A program made the position numbers and the translations under genes. Shown here piece after piece: positions 10,258-16,365 of a stretch of 64,000 bases of DNA; the stretch's first letter is position 1, and every line of letters starts with the position of its first letter. The stretch lies in the NCBI GenBank assembly GCA_038064875.1, contig JBBTSC010000001.1, forward strand, positions 251,004 through 315,003. Direction: 5' to 3'. The notes beneath the pieces were generated by a model. The model was not told the DNA's origin and ran no database searches. It saw only the letters and a program-made list of their open reading frames with translations. Origin of the DNA: Patescibacteria group bacterium. Lineage in GTDB: Bacteria; Patescibacteriota; Saccharimonadia; Saccharimonadales; 2-12-FULL-41-12.

Positions 10258-11487
10258 TTAGCCTGCAAGCTCTACTATTTCGTCAAAAGTCTTGTATTCT
10301 TCGTTTTTTGTAGTCAGATCTCTAACCTTGTACGAATCCTCTGCTAGTTCTTTGTCACCAACAAAGACAATATTCGCTACATTCTTTTTGTATGCTGATT
10401 TTACCTGTTTGTCTTCTTTTTTGCCCGACAGGTCTACTGCTACATTTAGACCCTTAGCTCTCAATTTCTGAGCCAGATCCTGAACTTTATCCGCAATATC
10501 GCCAACAACTATCAGATAAAGATCTGTTTCTGTCTTTAGATCCTGTATAAGGCCGTTCGTTTCCAGAAAGTTCTGGAAAGTTACATCGCCCATACCAAAA
10601 CCTACTGTAGGCACGGGTTCTACGCCGAATTCACCTACAAGCCCGTCGTAGCGTCCACCACCAAACATCGATCTGTTATTCTCAGGATTTTTATCAAATA
10701 CTTCGAAAACTATGTCTGTATAGTAGTCAAATCCTCTTGCGACAGTCGGGACGAATTTGATGTTTTGTACACCAGCCTTTTTAGCTTTCTCGATCAGCGC
10801 ATCACCCTCAGCTGTTCCTCCGTCATTAGTCAAGAATCCAAATAGTTTTTCTGGCTGATCAACTTGATCTTTAAGCTTAGTCTGAAAATCTTCTTTAGCT
10901 AATTTGTCAATATTGTCGATCAGACGAGTGACCTCAGCTACAGAAGTCTTCACCCCAGATTCATTTATTCTTTTATTAAGAAGTTCTCTGGAATTAACAC
11001 GAATCTCGTACATATCTTTAGTTGCGCCAAAAGATTCCATTAGCTTATTTATGATCAGCATCATTTCAAACTCTGCACCTATGCCTTCAATACCGAAGAT
11101 ATCTGCGTTAAGTTGCCAGAATTCGCGCAGGCGTCCACGCTGTTGTCTCTCGTATCTAAAACAGTTCGGTATGCTGTAGAGACGGAGCGGGTAGCCAAGC
11201 TCCTGACGCCTTTTGGCTACCATCCGACTAACCGTTGGTGTCATTTCTGGACGCATGACGACACGCCTACCACCTCTATCAGTGAAGTTGAATGATTGGT
11301 CGTTGACGATCTCCTCAGAAGTTTTGGCAGTGTAGAGATCAAGTGGCTCTAAAATTGGACCATCATATTCCTCGTAGCCAAAGCTCTCCATAACTTCTCG
11401 CCACTTACCGAACATCCACTTCCTCAGACGCATGTCCTCAGGGTAAAAATCTCGCGTACCTTTGTAGTTCTGTGTTGATAAACTCAT
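10258..11487 (-). CDS. hisS: Histidine--tRNA ligase
   Basis: Class II HisRS motifs: KGTRDFYPED, RPEMTPTVSRM, FRYERQQRGRLREFWQLNADIFG, GGGRYDGL. Its start overlaps the upstream gene by 4 bp. Confidence 0.95.
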   Translation of the reverse strand: MSLSTQNYKGTRDFYPEDMRLRKWMFGKWREVMESFGYEEYDGPILEPLDLYTAKTSEEIVNDQSFNFTDRGGRRVVMRPEMTPTVSRMVAKRRQELGYPLRLYSIPNCFRYERQQRGRLREFWQLNADIFGIEGIGAEFEMMLIINKLMESFGATKDMYEIRVNSRELLNKRINESGVKTSVAEVTRLIDNIDKLAKEDFQTKLKDQVDQPEKLFGFLTNDGGTAEGDALIEKAKKAGVQNIKFVPTVARGFDYYTDIVFEVFDKNPENNRSMFGGGRYDGLVGEFGVEPVPTVGFGMGDVTFQNFLETNGLIQDLKTETDLYLIVVGDIADKVQDLAQKLRAKGLNVAVDLSGKKEDKQVKSAYKKNVANIVFVGDKELAEDSYKVRDLTTKNEEYKTFDEIVELAG

Positions 11488-12215
11488 ATTCGCTCCTTAT
11501 TATACATTGATTTTTTTGTTAATAGTCCACCGAAATTATATGGCGTGTATTTATCCGCAATAAATATTGGATATGCTGGGCTTTTAACCCCCAATTCATC
11601 AGCAATCTCTCTGCTAATGGGCTGGAACGCTCTTAAGCCCTTTTCTTTAAGATTGAGTCTTTTACTGTCACCTAAAGATATGCGATAGACAAATTCGTAC
11701 AGACTTATTTGGTTTTCGTCTGCGCTACTAATTTTTTTTGCCTGTGCCAACTCAGTAATTTTATCAACCCACAAATCAACATTCATCATCGCGCTATCCA
11801 GGCTTACCTCCACAGAAATACAGTTTGGCGCATATTTATTTAAGCAATCATAATCAGCTACTATAACCCTATTCAGCCCAAAGAAAGCCGATACATTCTT
11901 TAAATTTTGGTTAGAGGTATCCCCTATAAAAGTGCAGTCATTTTCTGGGCAATGAGTGTTATGAAAATCAATAACAATATCATACTCACTGCAAAGTTTT
12001 ATTATTTGATTAGCTCTATTAAGCTCATAGTCTTTTGATCTTGCATCGCCCGGAAAACTTCTATTGAGATCCTTCCTGATGAACCGCCTTTTTGCTTCTA
12101 CGGCACGCTCATTCGCAATTATACTATCAACTAAACTATTTTTTTCGAGAGCCTTGACTATATCAATACCAAGAGGTTCATTGCCATGCATGCCACCAAT
12201 TACTAGAATTTTCAC
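11484..12215 (-). CDS. Succinylglutamate desuccinylase/aspartoacylase (AstE/AspA) family zinc hydrolase
   Basis: N-terminal VIGGMHGNEPLG, DLNRSFPG and DFHNTHCP resemble the aspartoacylase-family zinc and substrate motifs. It has 4-bp overlaps with both neighbours. Confidence 0.72.
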   Translation of the reverse strand: MKILVIGGMHGNEPLGIDIVKALEKNSLVDSIIANERAVEAKRRFIRKDLNRSFPGDARSKDYELNRANQIIKLCSEYDIVIDFHNTHCPENDCTFIGDTSNQNLKNVSAFFGLNRVIVADYDCLNKYAPNCISVEVSLDSAMMNVDLWVDKITELAQAKKISSADENQISLYEFVYRISLGDSKRLNLKEKGLRAFQPISREIADELGVKSPAYPIFIADKYTPYNFGGLLTKKSMYNKERI

Positions 12216-12877
12216 GACTGTCTCCCCTCTGTAATGATAACAAAATCTCGTCTATCTGGAAGGTCTTTTTCTCTATTAAATATACTAGCATTTGACCCAA
12301 ATCGTTCTGCAACAGACAGCATCTGTGGATTAATTGTCCGATAAGCAAGTCGCGGTACATCAAGCTCCTTCATAAAAGCTCTAGTCATCGCCACAAAGTT
12401 ATCTAGATTCCTGTCTGGCCTTATACGTTTATTTGCAAAGACCTCATCAAGCCATACAACTTCTTTATCAAACGGTAACTGATTTATCAACCAGGCCCTT
12501 ACGGCTGAACTATCACCATACTTTTCATCGATAATTTGTTCAGCGTTTGCACGCCAAGCTAGTCCTGCTAGGGCAACCTTTTCCTCACAAAATTCCAGGT
12601 ACCACCTAGAGGGTCGTGACTCGCCAATCTCGTTAAATCTATCTATTAGATCCGACCCTAAGTAGGCTGGCTCTTTGATGCACAGTTGACATTTTGCACA
12701 GAAATCACCGACCTCTTGATCAGAGAATCCTCCTTCGCATTTTTCCTCATCATCTACACATTTTGAAACTTCATACCAAGGAGGGCCTGCAAAGGCTGTT
12801 TGGTATGCGTTCGCTATTTCATCGTAGTATTTTCTAATTTCTCCTGGGTTTTCCCCAGGATTTATTATCTTATTCAT
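12212..12877 (-). CDS. Hypothetical protein with a Cys-rich, zinc-ribbon-like insert
   Basis: 221-aa ORF with AAAGGAC upstream of the ATG and a cysteine cluster CVDDEEKCEGGFSDQEVGDFCAKCQLC. I recognise no confident family. Its stop overlaps the AstE-like start. Confidence 0.6.
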   Translation of the reverse strand: MNKIINPGENPGEIRKYYDEIANAYQTAFAGPPWYEVSKCVDDEEKCEGGFSDQEVGDFCAKCQLCIKEPAYLGSDLIDRFNEIGESRPSRWYLEFCEEKVALAGLAWRANAEQIIDEKYGDSSAVRAWLINQLPFDKEVVWLDEVFANKRIRPDRNLDNFVAMTRAFMKELDVPRLAYRTINPQMLSVAERFGSNASIFNREKDLPDRRDFVIITEGRQS

Positions 12878-12915
12878 TTCTTTTGTCCTTTAAAATTAAA
12901 TTTTTGAAATTAAAA

Positions 12916-12937
12916 ACGCCGGAACAAAATCCGGCGT
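12916..12937 (-). terminator. Rho-independent terminator (8-bp GC-rich stem plus T-run)
   Basis: Minus strand reads ACGCCGGA-TTTTGT-TCCGGCGT followed by TTTTTAATTT. It lies between the 92-aa ORF and the 221-aa gene. Confidence 0.7.
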
Positions 12938-12962
12938 ATGTATTTTTCAAACAAAAGAATAT

Positions 12963-13019
12963 TTAACCGGCTTGCTCCAGCGATGTATGTGATTGGTGGT
13001 TGTTACAGTAAATATTCAT
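12963..13019 (-). other. Candidate 18-codon leader mini-ORF (MNIYCNNHQSHTSLEQAG)
   Basis: ATG 13019-13017 lies 9 nt downstream of TATAAT (13034-13029, preceded by TGT). The stop TAA at 12965-12963 lies 25 nt before the terminator stem. Two His codons are present. Confidence 0.25.
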
Positions 13020-13040
13020 AACTTGCATATTATAACATAT

Positions 13041-13319
13041 TTATTTATTAACGCGAAGTGCGTCAACACCAGCTCTATGTATGGCTAGGGAGTCAGGAGA
13101 TTCTGGAGCAATGCTTTGCGCTGATGCGCAACTTCCAATACTTCTTAGTCTTTCATTTAATTTACCAAATAACTTTGAAGCGCCTGAAAATATTGACTCG
13201 TGCATTTCTGCTGCTACCATTAGTGGATCTGATGGTATTAGTTTTACGGGAGGTAAATCATCTTGATTATTACCTGTTAGTTCAGGACTTGTTTCAATGG
13301 ATCTTGTGTTTGCGCTCAT
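13041..13319 (-). CDS. Hypothetical small protein (92 aa)
   Basis: An AAGGAAG Shine-Dalgarno sequence lies 4 nt upstream of ATG 13319. The ORF sits 18 nt downstream of the KARI stop and is followed by the terminator at 12916-12937. No recognisable motif. Confidence 0.5.
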   Translation of the reverse strand: MSANTRSIETSPELTGNNQDDLPPVKLIPSDPLMVAAEMHESIFSGASKLFGKLNERLRSIGSCASAQSIAPESPDSLAIHRAGVDALRVNK

Positions 13320-13337
13320 GATACTTCCTTTTTTAAA

Positions 13338-14828
13338 TTATAGTGCTATCGCTACCGGGGGTCGCATCTTTGCTAGTTCACTGAGCACACCATGAACAGG
13401 ATGATTCTCAAAATCATCAAATGCTCCATTATCAGCTCCATCTATATTCGGTAGAACAGCCTGAGCCATAACTGCCTCATATTGTGGTGCCCACTTGCGA
13501 GAACCTCTTCTAGCGGTTACAGAACAATTATCAACCATATGGGCTACACCAGCTTTCTTCATATATGGATTGAGCGAGTCAACAGCTTCGATGATTGATT
13601 CGTTGACAATCTCTGACATGTGATGGCCCTTGCTCATTAACACATCGACTTGTGCCATCATGGCTGCAGCATAAACCCCTGCTACTTTTGTATCAATTTC
13701 AACTTCAGCTACGGTTAATGGATTCATCCTAACTTCGGCTCCTACTTGCCACATCGGGGTGCCTCCAATTTCAAACATCGGGTAATCACGCTCATTGTCT
13801 GCTATAACTTCCGCGATTTCTCGACCACTTGATACATCTGCATATATTTTTTCCGTAAGTTCACGTAACGGACCATAGGCAGACCTGTATGCTTGTCTGA
13901 AAACTGGTTTTTCATCTTCTGGTATGGAATCGTAGAGACCCTTTAAGCCCTTCTCGGAAATCGTTGAAGAGATCGGGCCGACTAATGATTCAACAACGTG
14001 CAAATAGGCCGGTACATCTCTCATAGCTCCAGAGACAGTTAAGTCTTTATACATAGCCTCAACTATTCCGTGGACACCGCCGAGCAAAACAGCTCTTTCG
14101 CCAAATATGTCAGATCTCCATTCGTTTTCTAGAGTTGTCTGGAAAGTGTATGGTGCACCTAACATTCGGGACCATCCAAGAGCTAGATCAGTCTCTCTCT
14201 GCCCACCTTGGCTAACAGCAAAACTGGTATTTATACCGCTATCTTGCTCATAAAGTTTCCTAACAGAAGGGCCCATACCTTTAGGGCACACTCCTATGAT
14301 ACCTACGTCCGGACGGGGAGCCTCTCCCATATTTTCTAGATGCCCTAGCCAGAACCCGTGAGACAGACCGATTACAGAGCCAGATTTTGCAAGACCCACA
14401 AATTCTTGCCCGTGTTTTGCCATCGCGGCATCAGATATCAACATCAGCGAAAGATCCGCATCATCAATCGCTCCTTCTACCGTATCAAGTGTGCCATTTT
14501 TGACATTAAAGCCTGCTTCCTCTGCGCCAGCACGTGATTTACTTCCATCACGCAGACCTACTACTACTTGAGTTTTATCACCAAGTCCAGCTGAATAAAG
14601 AGAGTCCCGAATATTTTGTGCCTGTGCTGGTCCTTGCGAACTCCAGCCTAGTACTGCAATTTTTGCGACTCCGCTTAGAGCTTGTGGCAAACCATCATGC
14701 AAACGGTCACCCTCTTCATTGTAGCCACGCATAACAGTCTCACTTGCACCACCAAGCTCTACCGTCAGTAGGGAGTTAGCAAATATTTCTGACTCAAAAT
14801 TGTTAGACTGGTTCGATTGTGCACTCAT
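13338..14828 (-). CDS. ilvC: Ketol-acid reductoisomerase, long class II, plant-like type
   Basis: Collinear resemblance to plant KARI as I recall it: GWSSQGPAQAQNIRDS, GLSHGFWLGHL, CPKGMGPSVRKLY, SDIFGERAVLLGGVHG, NESIIEAVDSLNPYM, MVDNCSVTARRGSRKWAP. ATG 14828 is preferred because the TTG at 14894 used by the ORF track coincides with a predicted -35 box. Confidence 0.9.
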   Translation of the reverse strand: MSAQSNQSNNFESEIFANSLLTVELGGASETVMRGYNEEGDRLHDGLPQALSGVAKIAVLGWSSQGPAQAQNIRDSLYSAGLGDKTQVVVGLRDGSKSRAGAEEAGFNVKNGTLDTVEGAIDDADLSLMLISDAAMAKHGQEFVGLAKSGSVIGLSHGFWLGHLENMGEAPRPDVGIIGVCPKGMGPSVRKLYEQDSGINTSFAVSQGGQRETDLALGWSRMLGAPYTFQTTLENEWRSDIFGERAVLLGGVHGIVEAMYKDLTVSGAMRDVPAYLHVVESLVGPISSTISEKGLKGLYDSIPEDEKPVFRQAYRSAYGPLRELTEKIYADVSSGREIAEVIADNERDYPMFEIGGTPMWQVGAEVRMNPLTVAEVEIDTKVAGVYAAAMMAQVDVLMSKGHHMSEIVNESIIEAVDSLNPYMKKAGVAHMVDNCSVTARRGSRKWAPQYEAVMAQAVLPNIDGADNGAFDDFENHPVHGVLSELAKMRPPVAIAL

Positions 14829-14865
14829 AGCTAGTAACTCCACATGTTGGTTAAGTATTTTCGGT

Positions 14866-14894
14866 ATTGTATTACCAATATTTTGGGATTGCAA
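14866..14894 (-). promoter_or_regulatory. Candidate promoter for ilvC (TTGCAA-N17-TACAAT)
   Basis: On the minus strand, TTGCAA is at 14894-14889 and TACAAT at 14871-14866, with 17 nt between. It sits directly downstream of the terminator at 14903-14925. Confidence 0.5.
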
Positions 14895-14902
14895 GCATAA
14901 GC

Positions 14903-14925
14903 AAAAAAACGACCATAGAGGTCGC
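14903..14925 (-). terminator. Rho-independent terminator
   Basis: Minus strand reads GCGACC-TCTAT-GGTCGT followed by a run of T (A run 14903-14909 on the plus strand). It lies 10 nt downstream of the CCA end of the tRNA-like fragment. Confidence 0.65.
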
Positions 14926-14935
14926 TAAATAATGT

Positions 14936-15055
14936 TGGTGCGGATGAAAGGACTTGGTCACGTCCCGCGACCCCAGAACTTCACTATTGGCAACGAGTTG
15001 CCATCGGAAGATTCTCTTGCAAAGTGCCGACTGGCACTTCTCACCTTCACGCCTT
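14936..15055 (-). pseudogene. Partial tRNA-Leu 3' copy interrupted at the T-loop by an 87-nt three-hairpin insert
   Basis: Minus-strand block AAGGCGTGAAGGT (15055-15043) and block AAGTCCTTTCATCCGCACCA (14955-14936) are identical to the intact tRNA-Leu. There they are separated by only 2 nt; here by 87 nt (14956-15042). No 5' acceptor strand (GCGGATG) is found. Confidence 0.6.
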
Positions 15056-15089
15056 GGGTTTGGCTCAAATCTGTCTCCCGAACAAACTT

Positions 15090-15110
15090 AAAACCCGACA
15101 CATGGTCGGG
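15090..15110 (-). terminator. Candidate terminator hairpin after tRNA-Leu
   Basis: Minus strand reads CCCGAC-CATGT-GTCGGG followed by TTTT. The hairpin starts 9 nt after the tRNA 3' end. Confidence 0.55.
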
Positions 15111-15119
15111 CTCTAAGTT

Positions 15120-15204
15120 TGGTGCGGATGAAAGGACTTGAACCTTCACGCCTTGCGGCACTAGTTCCTAAGACTAGCGTGTCTACCAATTCCACCACAT
15201 CCGC
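15120..15204 (-). tRNA. tRNA-Leu, anticodon UAG, CCA encoded
   Basis: Folded by hand: acceptor GCGGATG/CATCCGC; 3-bp D stem; anticodon stem CTAGT/ACTAG with loop CT-TAG-GA; long variable arm GCC-GCAA-GGC; T arm GAAGG-TTCAAGT-CCTTT; discriminator A then CCA. Confidence 0.95.
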
Positions 15205-15324
15205 ATGAATAATAAGTGAATTATAGATGTAGATTATATCAAAGTATCAACGAGTAACCAAATTTTGTGCAGGTACGAATATTTCCTGGTATTCCGAAAA
15301 ATCAGCCTTGTCTGGTGAATATAT

Positions 15325-15819
15325 TTACATAACGTGCAGACCCAACTCTCTAGTACGTTCTGTAGGGACAGCATAGGTGTCTAGGAGTTTGAGCTCGCAT
15401 TCTACCTTTCTAATCGTTTCTACCGCATAACCACGTCTTAACTGTTTTTGTTCGACGCTTCTTCTTTTATGTGCATCACTACTTGTTATGACTTTAAATC
15501 CATTTAAGTATATGTCTATCATCACAATTCCGTCACTGCCAAAAGGTGGATAGCTAATACGCGAAAGATCATCGAAAGCTTCCTCTACAACTTCTCTATC
15601 TTGCCTATAATACTCACCTGTGGCTTCTATGTCTTGCTGAACACCTTGGGCCAGATTAACAAATCTATTCCAATTTTCTACAACCTGTCCTTTTGTGCGA
15701 GCTGTAAATTCAGCAACAACATTAGAAGGTAGCGCTTCGTCAACTTGCTTTCCTAGTTCTCGCTCATGATTTCCTGCCATAGTTAGCAGTACTATATAAT
15801 CATGAATATCTACTGTCAA
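15325..15819 (-). CDS. Hypothetical protein (164 aa)
   Basis: The ORF start overlaps the rsmD stop by 4 bp, so it is probably co-translated in the recG-rsmD operon. No recognisable family. Confidence 0.55.
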   Translation of the reverse strand: MTVDIHDYIVLLTMAGNHERELGKQVDEALPSNVVAEFTARTKGQVVENWNRFVNLAQGVQQDIEATGEYYRQDREVVEEAFDDLSRISYPPFGSDGIVMIDIYLNGFKVITSSDAHKRRSVEQKQLRRGYAVETIRKVECELKLLDTYAVPTERTRELGLHVM

Positions 15820-16349
15820 TTGCTCTTATAGAAGATGAGCTGAATATCCCCATATTTTTGAGCTTTTACTGGCTTAAATCCTTGTATGTCAAGTGGCTCT
15901 TCCGAACCCGGGTAGGACAAGACAAATGTACTTGTATCCTTCATATGTCGTGCTAATTGCCGGATCACGTCTGGCCTAATGTCATCGTAAGGAGGGTCGC
16001 AGACGATCACATCAAATTTTCTAGCACTGTTGGTATTTGACCAGACTTTGCAGTTCATCTTCACCACTTGAAATTCCTTCTCATCAACCCCTAAGCCCTC
16101 TGCAGACTCCTTTATAGAACGGTACGCCTTTTTGTCGACATCTATCGCAACGACATTTTTTGCGCCCCGACTGAGCGCCTCAAAAGCAATCGCACCACTG
16201 CCTGCATATGGATCCAAAAAACTTAGATCTTTAATATCGCCTAGTGTGTTGAATATAGCGCCTCGTGCTTTTTCACTCATTGGGTGTGTTCGTTTGCCCC
16301 CTGGGGAACGAAATATTCGACCTTTTAATAGTCCAGAAATTATTCTCAT
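15816..16349 (-). CDS. rsmD: 16S rRNA (guanine966-N2)-methyltransferase family
   Basis: 177 aa with the typical RsmD layout: MRIISG..KGR N-terminus, an SAM-binding LDPYAGSGA segment and the DPPY motif. Confidence 0.87.
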   Translation of the reverse strand: MRIISGLLKGRIFRSPGGKRTHPMSEKARGAIFNTLGDIKDLSFLDPYAGSGAIAFEALSRGAKNVVAIDVDKKAYRSIKESAEGLGVDEKEFQVVKMNCKVWSNTNSARKFDVIVCDPPYDDIRPDVIRQLARHMKDTSTFVLSYPGSEEPLDIQGFKPVKAQKYGDIQLIFYKSN

Positions 16350-16365
16350 GATGCTTATTATACCT

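Noticed and set aside
12178-12363. 61-aa ORF spanning the junction of the 221-aa gene and the AstE-like gene.
   Set aside because: It is out of frame within two better-supported overlapping CDSs and has no independent signals.
12878-13040. T-box riboswitch in front of the hisS-containing operon.
   Set aside because: The leader of about 140 nt is too short, and it lacks the conserved T-box sequence (AANNNGGGUGGNACCNCG) and the specifier/stem I architecture. Only a terminator hairpin is evident.
14829-14894. N-terminal 22 codons of the KARI ORF (TTG start at 14894 in the ORF track).
   Set aside because: The TTG is part of a TTGCAA -35 hexamer spaced 17 nt from TACAAT, only 8 nt after a terminator T-run. 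Homology to KARI begins near Met23, and ATG 14828 has GGAG upstream.
14936-15118. The tRNA-like element could be a tmRNA (ssrA) or a second complete tRNA.
   Set aside because: The 3' acceptor strand CATCCGC-A-CCA would need a 5' GCGGATG, which is absent from the region. There is no G3:U70 alanine identity pair and no tag-like reading frame ending in a stop. The element is far shorter than a tmRNA. No cloverleaf can be drawn.
15325-15819. GNHE in the 164-aa protein as a metallophosphoesterase motif.
   Set aside because: The other calcineurin-like motifs (DxH, GDxxDR, GH) are absent and the protein is too short. The match is probably coincidental.
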